NCBI GenBank assembly: GCA_011390205.1
Contig: JAABSX010000046.1
Span: 1 to 32,853 of the forward strand
DNA length: 32,853 bases
Source of the DNA: Microscillaceae bacterium
GTDB taxonomy: Bacteria; Bacteroidota; Bacteroidia; Cytophagales; Microscillaceae
Direction of reading: 5' to 3'
The notes below the pieces were generated by a model. That model saw only the letters and a program-made list of their open reading frames with translations, was not told the origin of the DNA and searched no databases. This document shows, piece after piece, positions 1 to 9,353 of this stretch. Position 1 is the first letter of the stretch. Every line of letters begins with the position of its first letter. The translations under genes were made by a program, and so were the position numbers.

Positions 1-2461
1 GCCCTACGAGGGGTTTATCGGCTTGCACCAGCGTACTGAATAACCTGACATTCTGTTCGGCGATTTTCTTGGCATCTTTGAGCAAACCTTTGGAGAGGTA
101 AGTGCGCCCGCTTTCGGCGTGATTGGGCAAAATGACCTCATAGCCCAAGCGAGTGAGCAGTTCTATCGCCTTGATGCCAATGGGCGTATCGTTGTAGTTG
201 GTAAACTCATCTGCAAAGAAGAACACTTGTCCTTTTTTCTGTGTAATTGCCTGATTGAGGCGATTAAGGTGCTTATTTGCCCATTTTCGGAGGGTTTGTT
301 TGTGCAGCTCGGGCAGAGAGCGTTTGGGGTGAAAACCCATCAGTTTTTTGCTAAGTTCGCCCGTGAGTTTTGTCTTAAACCAAAAATTATAGGCTTTGGG
401 CAACAGCGTAGCGAGCTTGTTGAGGTTATTGTAATTGGCAATCAGCCGAGTGCGGAGCGGAATGCCATTGGCATCGTAGTAATTTTGGAGAAATTCGGCC
501 TTCATCTTGCCTATGTCCACATTAGAAGGGCATTCTGATTTGCAGCCCTTGCAAGAAAGGCACAAATCCATGACCTCTTTGATAGATTCACTGTTAAATG
601 GATTAGATTCTGTGGAGTGCGTCAAGATTTCTCTCAAAATATTTGCCCTGGCTCGGGTCGTGTCTTTTTCGGCACGGGTGGCCATGTAGCTAGGGCACAT
701 CGTGCCGCCGCTGAGGTGCGTTTTTCGGCAGTCTCCTGAGCCATTGCACATTTCGGCTGCCCTCAAAATGCCTTGTTCTCCCGAAAAATCAAAATAAGTC
801 TTGATGTCAGGGGTTTCTTGCCCTTTGGCGTAGCGTAGGTGTGTATCCATAGGCGGAGCATGCACGATTTTGCCAGGGTTGAAGATATTTTGTGGGTCAA
901 AGGCATACTTGACTGCTTTGAGGAGGGTGTAATTTTTTTCGCCAATCATTTTAGGGATAAATTCCGCCCTGAGTCTGCCATCACCGTGCTCACCACTGAG
1001 CGAACCACGGTATTTTTTGACGAGTGTGGCTATTTCTTCGGCGATGAGCCTAAATTGAGCCTGTCCTTCGGCAGTTTTGAGGTTAAGAATCGGGCGAAGG
1101 TGCAGTTCGCCTGAGCCAGCATGGGCATAATGCACTGAGTACATTCCGTGTTTTTGGAGGATTTGGTTAAATTCTGCAATGTATTCGGGCAGTTCTTGCA
1201 CATCTACAGCCGTATCTTCTATCACAGGGGCAGGTTTTTCATCTCCAGGGATATTTGACAAAAGCCCCAGACCAGCCTTGCGTAAGTTCCAGACTTTGCC
1301 TGCATCTTCTTTCGCTACGATAGGGAAATGATAGCCCAAGCCCAGTGATTCAAGCTCTGCAATCAATGCCTGAGCCGTACTTTCACAGGCTGCTTTGCTT
1401 TCTCGGCTAATCTCCATCACCAGAATGGCTTGTGGGTCATCCTTGACAAAAAAACGGTTTTGACGTTGCTCTGTATTGGTTTTAGTCCGCTCCAGCACAT
1501 AGTGGTCCATCAGTTCGCAGGCAGAGGGTTGGTATTTGAGGGCGATGAGATTGGCACGCAGAGATTCATCTATAGAATGGAAATGCCCACAGACCAATAC
1601 CTTTTCGGGAGGGGGAAGGGGAATGGTTCTAAGGGTGATTTCGGTCATCAGGCAAAGTGTACCTTCAGAGCCAGCTATCAGTTTACAAAAATTAAAATCT
1701 TCTTTTCCTGCTGTAAAAGGGGCAGTTTCTAAGAGTAAATCTAGGGCGTAGCCTGTGTTCCTTCTTGGGATATTGGGTTTGGGAAATTCTCTTCGGATTT
1801 CTTCCTGAAAATCTTTTTGTTTGAGAATGGTCTGGATTTGTTGATAGATTTTGTTTTCGAGTGTTTCTCCCTTGCATTTTTGCTGAAATTCTTCTTCGCT
1901 CAGGCTTTTAAAGATGACCTCTGAGCCATCACTGAGGAGGGCTTTGACCTCTAAGAGATGCTCTCTAGTGCTGCCATAAACCACTGAATTAGAGCCACAT
2001 GAGTTGTTGCCTACCATTCCACCGAGCATGGCACGGTTGGCGGTAGAAGTCTCGGGGCCAAAATACAAGCCATAAGATTTGAGAAATAAATTTAACTCGT
2101 CACGTACCACGCCAGGCTGCACTTTCACCCAGTTTTCTTGCTCATTCAGGGCTATGATTTTGGTAAAATACTTAGACATATCCACCACGATGCCCTCACC
2201 TACCACTTGCCCCGCAAGCGAAGTGCCTGCTGTGCGAGGGATGAGTGATACTTTGTGATTTTGAGCAAAAGACACTAAAGCCTTAAGGTCAGCTTCTGTT
2301 TTGGGCAAGGTAACAGCCAGAGGCATCTCACGATAAGCAGAGGCATCTGTGGCATAGAGTATCCTCATGGTATCCTCTAAATAAAATTCACCTGAGAAAT
2401 CTTCTTTGAGTGCTTCTAAGGCTGGCATAGACTTTTGATGTACTGCATTTTGTGAGGTCAT
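1..2461 (-). CDS. FAD-binding oxidase fused to a CCG-type Fe-S domain (YdiJ / GlcD-GlcF-fusion-like D-lactate/glycolate oxidase family). C-terminal end lies beyond the window start.
   Basis: Hand translation of the minus strand from the ATG at 2461 (MTSQNAVHQKSMPALEALKEDF...) runs uninterrupted to position 1. It has an N-terminal FAD_binding_4-like region (SLIPRTAGTSLAGQVVGEGIVVDMSKY) and a later double Cys-cluster region (CNGSGDCRKTHLSGGTMCPSY ... CLSCKGCKSECPSN) typical of the GlcF/CCG Fe-S domain. All + strand ORFs in 119..1751 are antisense artefacts of this gene. Confidence 0.8.
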   Translation of the reverse strand, partial: MTSQNAVHQKSMPALEALKEDFSGEFYLEDTMRILYATDASAYREMPLAVTLPKTEADLKALVSFAQNHKVSLIPRTAGTSLAGQVVGEGIVVDMSKYFTKIIALNEQENWVKVQPGVVRDELNLFLKSYGLYFGPETSTANRAMLGGMVGNNSCGSNSVVYGSTREHLLEVKALLSDGSEVIFKSLSEEEFQQKCKGETLENKIYQQIQTILKQKDFQEEIRREFPKPNIPRRNTGYALDLLLETAPFTAGKEDFNFCKLIAGSEGTLCLMTEITLRTIPLPPPEKVLVCGHFHSIDESLRANLIALKYQPSACELMDHYVLERTKTNTEQRQNRFFVKDDPQAILVMEISRESKAACESTAQALIAELESLGLGYHFPIVAKEDAGKVWNLRKAGLGLLSNIPGDEKPAPVIEDTAVDVQELPEYIAEFNQILQKHGMYSVHYAHAGSGELHLRPILNLKTAEGQAQFRLIAEEIATLVKKYRGSLSGEHGDGRLRAEFIPKMIGEKNYTLLKAVKYAFDPQNIFNPGKIVHAPPMDTHLRYAKGQETPDIKTYFDFSGEQGILRAAEMCNGSGDCRKTHLSGGTMCPSYMATRAEKDTTRARANILREILTHSTESNPFNSESIKEVMDLCLSCKGCKSECPSNVDIGKMKAEFLQNYYDANGIPLRTRLIANYNNLNKLATLLPKAYNFWFKTKLTGELSKKLMGFHPKRSLPELHKQTLRKWANKHLNRLNQAITQKKGQVFFFADEFTNYNDTPIGIKAIELLTRLGYEVILPNHAESGRTYLSKGLLKDAKKIAEQNVRLFSTLVQADKPLVG

Positions 2462-2746
2462 ATTTCGTATTTCTTTTGATACAAAGTTAGGTGTTTTTCT
2501 TTCTCATCAAAAAGAATTTGTGAGAGCGGATTGTTGTGTTGTGGGAGTAAGCTAAATTTAGAAATTTTAACCAATCTGTTTGATTTTTCATGTTCTTTAT
2601 GGCGAATTACTTCCACACAGTGTTTTTTATATGAAAATAACTTAATTATTTCTTAGATTTGTCAAATGGATGGTTTCAAACGTTTGCATTCTTTCATTTC
2701 AAATATTTTACATCCCTCCATTTCAAATGATTTTACCAAAATAAAG

Positions 2747-5700
2747 ATGATGAAAAACATTACTTACCTGTACATTTTGTGCTTTTTGTGTTTACTGATA
2801 GGTAGCACTCATTTAGCTGCACAAAGTCAAGACTTACTTCCACTCGCCAAACGCTATCTTGACCAGAAGCACCATGGCGTTACCAAACAAGCCGACTTTG
2901 ATTGGATAATCACAGATCAATCTTACAGTACCCGCAATCAAGTAACCTACCTCTATCTCAGACAAACCTACCAAGGCGTAGAAATCGTCAATGCCAACAT
3001 CAGTATGGCTCTTAAAGATGGGCGGGTAGTGCATCAAGCTGGAAAGCTTATCTCTAAAATACCTACAAAAGGACTGAGTAAATCTCCTTCTATCAGTGCT
3101 GAAGGGGCTATCCAAAAAGCAGCCGAACAACTTTCGCTCAGTATTACTGAGCCAATAAGACAAGAACAGAGCAAAAACCCTCATTCAAGAGCCGCAATCT
3201 ACAGCAAAGGAGGCATTTCTCTAGAGCCTATTCCCGTAAAAATGGTCTATTGGCAAAACCCCGAAGGAGCACTCGTATTGGCTTGGGATTTGTCGATTTA
3301 CCCCCTTGACCAGCAAAACTGGTGGAGCTTAAGAGTAGATGCACAAACTGGCAGTGTGCTCGAGAAAGGCAACTGGGTTACCAAATGTCAGTTTGATGCC
3401 AAACCACACATACATGCGCAGGGTGAAAGATTAGATTTTGCAAATAATACTTCTCTCATGCCCGAGTGGCTCAAGCATTCTCACCAAAGCCTCAACACGG
3501 GTGAGCAATACAATGTATTCCCGATGCCCATAGAAAGCCCCAACCATGGGGCTCGAAACCTAGAAGTAACCCCTCACAACAGCATTGCTTCTCCTTTTGG
3601 CTGGCATGATACCAATGGAGTAGCAGGGGCAGAGTTTACCACTACTCGTGGCAACAACGTACATGCCTACGAAGACCGCAATGATTCCAATATACCTGGA
3701 TTTAGCCCTGAGGGTGGTGCAAGTTTAAATTTCGATTTTCCCATTAATTTTAATGTTGATCCAGACAGATACCAAGAGGCTTCTATCACCAACTTATTTT
3801 ACTGGAATAACATTATGCATGATGTTTTCTATCATTATGGCTTTGATGAGCAAAGTGGTAATTTCCAAGTTAAGAATTATTCAGGGCAAGGCTTGGGCAA
3901 TGACGATGTGCGTGCCGAAGACCAGGATGGTTCTGGTACTAATAATGCCAATTTTGGGACTCCCCCCGACGGAAGCCGCCCCCGCATGCAAATGTTCCTC
4001 TGGAATCTACCAGCAGGTGGGCCCAAGTTGATAGTCAATAGCCCAGAAGCCATTACAGGCACTTACACTGCCTCAGGATCTGATTTTGGTGGAAATTTAG
4101 ATACTCCTCCAACGGGTGATTTGGTGCTAGTAAATGATGGCACTGCCAACCCCACGCAAGGCTGCGAAGCCTTGATAAATGCTTCCGAAGTGAATGGCAA
4201 GATAGCTGTCGTAGATAGAGGTACTTGTACTTTTGTGCAGAAAGCACTGAATGCCCAAGCTGCGGGTGCTATAGGGCTCATTGTTGTAAATAATACAACA
4301 GGGCTTATCAATATGTCAGGCACGGATTCAGGCATTACGATTCCTATCATCATGATTGGCCAAGAAGATGGGCAACTTATCAAAAACAACTTGGGTACAG
4401 GTGTCAATGCTACTATGCTTGGTGCTGCCACTTTCATTACCAGTAGTTTTGACAATGGAATCATTGCCCACGAATACGGACACGGAATATCTAACCGCTT
4501 AGCAGGTGGTCCTGGTAATTCAAACTGCCTGAATACAACTGAGCAAATGGGCGAAGGATGGAGTGATTATTTTGGGCTTATACTCACGATGAAGCCTGGA
4601 GATATAGGCGCTACCCCAAGGGGAATCGGGACTTACGCCGTTAGCCAGCCCACCACAGGAAGAGGTATCCGCCCTGCACCTTATACCACAGATATGGGTG
4701 TGAATCCTTTTACCTATGCCAACCTTAACAGTAGCAATATCTCGCAGCCTCACGGAATTGGGTTTATATGGTGTACTACACTTTGGGATATGACTTGGCT
4801 CTTCATAGAAAGATATGGACTTGATGAAGATGTATATACAGGCACGGGAGGAAATAACATCGCTCTACAGCTCGTCATGGATGGACTCAAGCTACAGCCC
4901 TGCGGACCAGGATTCGTAGATGGGCGGGATGCTATTTTACTGGCTGACCAACTCAACAATGGCGGAGCAAATCAAGATATTATTTGGCAAGCCTTCGCAG
5001 GTAGAGGCTTGGGTGCAGATGCAGACCAAGGAGACCCCAATAGCCGTGATGATGGCTCGGTATCTTTCGATATGCCCAAAAGTTTACAAATCAGTAAGTC
5101 AGTAAACAAAACACTCTCAGAAACGGGCGATATACTCACCTACGAAATCACCGTGAAAAATATCCTCACAGAAACAGAACAAAACATCAGCGTAGAGGAT
5201 ATTCTAGACAATGGGCTTACACTTGTAGAGGGCTCACTCAGTGAGGGGGGCAGTGCCAATGGAAATACCATTACTTTTACCAAAGCCCAGCTTGTAGCAC
5301 AAGAATCTGTAACTTTCTCTTTTCAGGCAGAAATAATACAAACTGAAGGTACACAAATACTCTTTTCGGATGGGCACGAAGAAGGGGGAACTAACTGGAC
5401 AGCCACTGCTGTAACGAACAGCAACCTATGGACTCTGCAAGGAAATAACCCCAATGGAGGAGCAAATGCTTGGTTTGTACCCAATGTTGGAGCAGTTTCA
5501 TTGCAAACTTTGTCTCTGAACGAGGCGTTTCCTGTTGGGGCATCTTCTAAAATAGCCCTATGGCACGCCTACAACACGGAAATAGGGTATGATGGAGGCA
5601 TCATCGAGGCATCTACAGATGGCGGTATAACTTGGGCTGACCTAGGGCCAATGATGATAGAAAACGGATACGACATAACACTAAACAATAACTTTGAAAA

Positions 5701-6667
5701 TCCCATAGGAGGCAGACCAGCATTTTCAGGAAGTAGTGGAGGCTATATCAAGACAGTCATTAACCTCTCAAGCCTAGCAGGGCAATATGTGAAAATTAGA
5801 TTTAGATTTGGCTCTGATAGCGGGGTAGGTGGCATAGGATGGTATGTAGATGACATCTATGTCTTTGAAGGGGATGAGCAAAGTATCAGCAACCAGGCTT
5901 GCCTTACGTATGATGCTGAGCCAAACCCACGCTGCGCAAACGCACAAGATGTATTGATTCTTTCTGAAATTGTATTGCCAGATTGTGCTGCCAATGCAGG
6001 TCTGATTACTAGCACTATCACATTGCCTGTGGTATTTTGCCAAGATGACAACAGTATCTTGAACTTTGGAAAAATGCACAATGCCCTCAATCCTGACCCT
6101 GGTGCGGGCTTTGCGTACCGTTATTTGATTACTACAAGAGAGTTGCCTTATCAAATCATCGCAAGGAATGCCACAGGAAGTTTTGACCCTACAGCACTTG
6201 CCATTGCTACTTTTAAGATTTGGGGATTCTCTTATGATGAGAGCAATACTGAAACCAATGTAGATACTTATCTCAATGGATTTACTACCGTACAGGCCAT
6301 CCAAGGAGAGATTAATTCAGGACTTACTTGTGCCAAGTTGAGCAATACATTTGAGCTAGGAGGAGTGGCTCAGATTACAAAATCACCTTGTACGGCATTG
6401 CCTTCTATTCAAAGTAACCCTGAAATAAACTACTACCCCAACCCTAGCACTGAGGAGGTTAATATTTCTATCACAGGGCATGCAGGGCAAAAGGCAATGG
6501 TTACTTTGTTTGATGCTAAGGGAATGCCCGTTTATACGGAGGCTTTTGAGGTGTCAGATGGCAATCATACCAAAACCCTAGACATCAGAAAGCTACAAGC
6601 AGGGCTTTATCTTATCAGAATTGGTCTAGGAGATGCCACTTATCAAGATAGGCTCATCGTAGAGTAG
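2747..6667 (+). CDS. Secreted M36 (fungalysin) zinc metalloprotease with FTP propeptide, inserted PA domain, extra beta-sandwich/DUF11-like domains and a T9SS type-A C-terminal sorting domain.
   Basis: Signal peptide MMKNITYLYILCFLCLLIGSTHLAAQ begins at the ATG at 2747; the ORF-track start at 2666 adds 27 non-signal residues. The M36 HExxH motif reads IIAHEYGHGISNRLAGG. A PA domain (GCEALINASEVNGKIAVVDRGTCTFVQKALNAQAAGAIGLIVVNN) is inserted. The C-terminal ~80 aa (NYYPNPSTEEVNISI...GLYLIRIGLGDATYQDRLIVE) matches the Por/T9SS C-terminal sorting domain pattern. Confidence 0.85.
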   Translation: MMKNITYLYILCFLCLLIGSTHLAAQSQDLLPLAKRYLDQKHHGVTKQADFDWIITDQSYSTRNQVTYLYLRQTYQGVEIVNANISMALKDGRVVHQAGKLISKIPTKGLSKSPSISAEGAIQKAAEQLSLSITEPIRQEQSKNPHSRAAIYSKGGISLEPIPVKMVYWQNPEGALVLAWDLSIYPLDQQNWWSLRVDAQTGSVLEKGNWVTKCQFDAKPHIHAQGERLDFANNTSLMPEWLKHSHQSLNTGEQYNVFPMPIESPNHGARNLEVTPHNSIASPFGWHDTNGVAGAEFTTTRGNNVHAYEDRNDSNIPGFSPEGGASLNFDFPINFNVDPDRYQEASITNLFYWNNIMHDVFYHYGFDEQSGNFQVKNYSGQGLGNDDVRAEDQDGSGTNNANFGTPPDGSRPRMQMFLWNLPAGGPKLIVNSPEAITGTYTASGSDFGGNLDTPPTGDLVLVNDGTANPTQGCEALINASEVNGKIAVVDRGTCTFVQKALNAQAAGAIGLIVVNNTTGLINMSGTDSGITIPIIMIGQEDGQLIKNNLGTGVNATMLGAATFITSSFDNGIIAHEYGHGISNRLAGGPGNSNCLNTTEQMGEGWSDYFGLILTMKPGDIGATPRGIGTYAVSQPTTGRGIRPAPYTTDMGVNPFTYANLNSSNISQPHGIGFIWCTTLWDMTWLFIERYGLDEDVYTGTGGNNIALQLVMDGLKLQPCGPGFVDGRDAILLADQLNNGGANQDIIWQAFAGRGLGADADQGDPNSRDDGSVSFDMPKSLQISKSVNKTLSETGDILTYEITVKNILTETEQNISVEDILDNGLTLVEGSLSEGGSANGNTITFTKAQLVAQESVTFSFQAEIIQTEGTQILFSDGHEEGGTNWTATAVTNSNLWTLQGNNPNGGANAWFVPNVGAVSLQTLSLNEAFPVGASSKIALWHAYNTEIGYDGGIIEASTDGGITWADLGPMMIENGYDITLNNNFENPIGGRPAFSGSSGGYIKTVINLSSLAGQYVKIRFRFGSDSGVGGIGWYVDDIYVFEGDEQSISNQACLTYDAEPNPRCANAQDVLILSEIVLPDCAANAGLITSTITLPVVFCQDDNSILNFGKMHNALNPDPGAGFAYRYLITTRELPYQIIARNATGSFDPTALAIATFKIWGFSYDESNTETNVDTYLNGFTTVQAIQGEINSGLTCAKLSNTFELGGVAQITKSPCTALPSIQSNPEINYYPNPSTEEVNISITGHAGQKAMVTLFDAKGMPVYTEAFEVSDGNHTKTLDIRKLQAGLYLIRIGLGDATYQDRLIVE

Positions 6668-6683
6668 AAAGTACTTCATACTT

Positions 6684-6730
6684 AAACCCAAAAAAAGCCC
6701 ATTCAAAACTGATTGGGCTTTTTTTGGGTT
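6684..6730. terminator. Bidirectional rho-independent terminator formed by a perfect 17-bp inverted repeat.
   Basis: AACCCAAAAAAAGCCCA (6684-6700) and TGGGCTTTTTTTGGGTT (6714-6730) are exact reverse complements around an 11-nt loop. The stem is GC-rich at its centre and flanked by A/T runs on both strands, directly after the fungalysin stop. Confidence 0.7.
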
Positions 6731-6902
6731 TAAATAGAAAGATAGCAAAAGTCTATTATCAAGAAATAGACATCAGCAACACCAACAATTTGAAATTATG
6801 ATTACAAACTGACTCAAAATCTGATTAATTTCATAAATTTGTACGAGAGACTGATTTAAAACACAATTTTATACTTATACGTTGTAAGTGCTTTAACCCA
6901 TT

Positions 6903-8354
6903 TTGAAATTTATGCAAAATAATACTTGGAAAACTATTTTTATCTCTTTGATTGCGGGCTTTACAGGGGCTTTTGCATACCAGCTGACTATAAACTTTTC
7001 TTCTGAAAATACAGAGAAACTACCAATCTTGGAAGAGCAAGCAGTCTACCGAAATGTAAAAAAAGACCCTCTACCCCCTGTCAATGAAGATATTAACTTC
7101 GTAACTGCTTCAGCTCTGAGCACACCCTCAGTAGTCTATATCAAAACTGTGTTTGACAACTACAGCTCTACCAATATCTTTGATTTGTATTTCGGAGATG
7201 GTGGCGGCGGAAGAAAATCTGCTGGCTCAGGTTCAGGCGTGATTTTCACCTCTGACGGATACATCGTTACCAATTACCACGTCATAGAGAATGCCGAACG
7301 AATAGAAGTCATTCATCAAAAGAAAAGCTATGAAGCCACCTTGATAGGCACAGACCCCTCTTCTGACTTGGCAATCATCAAAATAGAATCTAAAAACCTG
7401 CCTGCAGTGAAGCGAGGAAACTCTAAAAGTCTGAGAGTAGGGGAGTGGGTCATCGCGGTAGGCAATCCATTTAACCTAGAATCTACCGTTACGGCTGGCA
7501 TCGTCAGTGCTAAAGGAAGAGATATTGCACTGCTCAGTGGGCAGTTCCCCTTAGAATCATTCATTCAAACAGACGCAGCCATCAATCCAGGCAACAGTGG
7601 AGGGGCATTGGTCAATATCAAAGGAGAGCTTGTGGGCATCAATACAGCCATTTTATCTCGCACTGGCTCTTACACTGGGTATGGCTTTGCGGTGCCGATA
7701 GATATTGTTGCCAAGATTTTTAATGACATCATTCAATATGGAGAGGTTCAGAAAGCATTCACAGGGCTACAAGTAACGGATTTGGATTCAGAAAAAGATA
7801 AAAAATACAAACTAAACCTTGATAAATATGAGGGGGCAGTAGTGGTCAGTAGCCAGGCATCAAGCAATGCTGCCAAAGTGGGCATGGAAGAAGGAACGGT
7901 GATTCTGAAAATCAACAATGACGATGTAGAGGGTAAGAGTAGTTTTGAAGAGCTGATAAGCTACTACAGACCTGGAGATAAAGTGAAAATTACTTTCTTA
8001 AAAAAGGGTAAAATACAAGAAACTACCCTCATACTCACCAACCGAAACGGCACTACCGAAGTGCTGAAAAATGAAACCTTTGTATCCGAAGGTCTGGGTG
8101 TAGAGCTAGAGCCTGTATCCAAGATAGAAAAAGAAAGACTTAACATAGAGGAAGGTGTCAGGGTAGTGAAAGTCAGGCGAGGGCTGTTTAGTAGGTTAGG
8201 AATTCAAGAAGGATTTATCATCACTTCTATCAACAAAACACCCGTTACTGAGCCTGCCCAAGTAGAAAAAATACTGGGCAACATCAGTGGAAGGGTTTAT
8301 ATAGAAGCCATCAGCCCCGAAGGAGTGAGGGGCTATTTTAATTATTATTTTTAA
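6903..8354 (+). CDS. htrA: HtrA/DegP/DegQ (Do-family) periplasmic serine endopeptidase with PDZ domain(s).
   Basis: N-terminal membrane anchor/signal (MKFMQNNTWKTIFISLIAGFTGAFA). Trypsin-like catalytic segments HVIENAERIEV (His), DLAIIKIE (Asp) and GNSGGALVNIKGELVGINTAI (Ser). The C-terminal region is PDZ-like. The start could also be the ATG at 6912. Confidence 0.9.
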   Translation: MKFMQNNTWKTIFISLIAGFTGAFAYQLTINFSSENTEKLPILEEQAVYRNVKKDPLPPVNEDINFVTASALSTPSVVYIKTVFDNYSSTNIFDLYFGDGGGGRKSAGSGSGVIFTSDGYIVTNYHVIENAERIEVIHQKKSYEATLIGTDPSSDLAIIKIESKNLPAVKRGNSKSLRVGEWVIAVGNPFNLESTVTAGIVSAKGRDIALLSGQFPLESFIQTDAAINPGNSGGALVNIKGELVGINTAILSRTGSYTGYGFAVPIDIVAKIFNDIIQYGEVQKAFTGLQVTDLDSEKDKKYKLNLDKYEGAVVVSSQASSNAAKVGMEEGTVILKINNDDVEGKSSFEELISYYRPGDKVKITFLKKGKIQETTLILTNRNGTTEVLKNETFVSEGLGVELEPVSKIEKERLNIEEGVRVVKVRRGLFSRLGIQEGFIITSINKTPVTEPAQVEKILGNISGRVYIEAISPEGVRGYFNYYF

Positions 8355-8362
8355 TTTAACAA

Positions 8363-8758
8363 ATGCCTGAAATGGAATCAAAAAAGAATGGAATAAGCCC
8401 CAATATGTTATTAATGGGCAGCATAGTAGGTATTTTATTTGGTTTTAATCTTGATTTGCCTTTTCTAATATTGGCAGGCATAGGTGGGCTAATATGGAGA
8501 AGGCAGATACTTTCCAAGCAGAAAAAAGCACTGAGGGCGGGCCCAGTGCAGCCACGTTTTGAACTGACTGATGATTTGATTATGCGTCTGGCAAAGCGTC
8601 TAGGAGGTAAAATATCTGCAGAAGACCTTTCGGCACAGACCAGCCTAAGTGTAGAGCAGGCAAAGGCTCGGTTAGAAACACTGATGCAAAGAGGAGATTG
8701 TGAAATAGACTTAGATGGCATAGATGCAAATGGAAGAATTTATTATCAGTTTAACTGA
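8363..8758 (+). CDS. Small membrane-anchored protein with a C-terminal winged-helix-like domain; paralogue 1 of a tandem pair, function unknown.
   Basis: 131 aa. Hydrophobic TM segment LLMGSIVGILFGFNLDLPFLILAGIGGLIW, then a basic linker, then a conserved ~68-aa domain LTDDLIMRLAKRLGGKISAEDLSAQTSLSVEQAKARLETLMQRGDCEIDLDGIDANGRIYYQF. It starts 8 bp after the htrA stop. The antisense ORF 8356..8721 is rejected. Confidence 0.65.
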   Translation: MPEMESKKNGISPNMLLMGSIVGILFGFNLDLPFLILAGIGGLIWRRQILSKQKKALRAGPVQPRFELTDDLIMRLAKRLGGKISAEDLSAQTSLSVEQAKARLETLMQRGDCEIDLDGIDANGRIYYQFN

Positions 8759-8860
8759 ATTTAAAAATGCTTTAATTTTTTAATTATCAATAGATTATAG
8801 GAGAAATCATAAATCATAAAACTAAAAACGCTCAAGTACTTAACTTAATTAAAATACATT

Positions 8861-9184
8861 ATGACACCATTTCTAATAATGGTCATGATTGCTGCCGCAA
8901 GTATGATCATAATCGTGTTTGGTAGTTCAAGCAAAAAATCTTCAAAAAACATTGCAAGCTCTCGGGCGCCATCACAAAAAGTATTTGTCTTGACCGATGA
9001 CCTTATCATCCGTCTTGCCAAGCGGCTAGGAGGCAAAATAACCGCCTCTGACCTCTCTGCACAGACCAGCCTGAGTATAGAGCAAGCCAAAGCACGTCTT
9101 GACATCATGCAAGAGAAAGGGATTTGTGAGATAGACTTAGATGCTGTGGATAGGAGTGGAAAGATTTATTATCACTTTGTGTAA
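8861..9184 (+). CDS. Paralogue 2 of the membrane-anchored winged-helix-like protein pair.
   Basis: 107 aa. N-terminal TM (MTPFLIMVMIAAASMIIIVFG), a Ser/Lys-rich linker, then LTDDLIIRLAKRLGGKITASDLSAQTSLSIEQAKARLDIMQEKGICEIDLDAVDRSGKIYYHF. This is ~70% identical to the C-terminal domain of the upstream gene, and ~75% nucleotide identity is visible by eye. Confidence 0.65.
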   Translation: MTPFLIMVMIAAASMIIIVFGSSSKKSSKNIASSRAPSQKVFVLTDDLIIRLAKRLGGKITASDLSAQTSLSIEQAKARLDIMQEKGICEIDLDAVDRSGKIYYHFV

Positions 9185-9307
9185 AGTGAAAAACTACTAC
9201 TATTACATAATGTGTTGATTGGCAATGGTTTATGCTAGAATAGCAATCTAAATTAATTTTGCGGCATATAAGTAGGCAGACATTTTAGACAACTTTAGAT
9301 TCTAAAG

Positions 9308-9347
9308 CAAAAAAGCAGCAATTCAATCTGAATTGCTGCTTTTTTGA
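9308..9347. terminator. Bidirectional rho-independent terminator between convergent genes.
   Basis: AAAAAAGCAGCAATTCA ... TGAATTGCTGCTTTTTT: a 12-bp perfect stem (9314-9325 / 9329-9340) with an A-run upstream and a T-run downstream. Confidence 0.7.
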
Positions 9348-9353
9348 TGGTTT

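Noticed and set aside
119-1877. ORF-track ORFs on the + strand and one short - strand ORF (119..538, 507..689, 839..1114, 1430..1732, 1536..1751, 1692..1877)
   Set aside because: All lie inside, and mostly antisense to, the long uninterrupted minus-strand FAD/Fe-S oxidase reading frame and show no protein-like motifs. They are treated as shadow ORFs.
2666-2746. Upstream ORF-track start of the fungalysin gene (MDGFKRLHSFISNILHPSISNDFTKIK...)
   Set aside because: The 27 extra residues precede a textbook signal peptide that begins at the Met at 2747, so the true start is most likely 2747. A -7-like TAGATTTG at 2654-2661 would place the TSS inside this extension.
8356-9108. Minus-strand ORFs 8356..8721 and 8845..9108
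   Set aside because: They are antisense to the two paralogous wHTH-like genes and owe their similarity to each other to that duplication. The + strand frames carry the TM + conserved-domain architecture.
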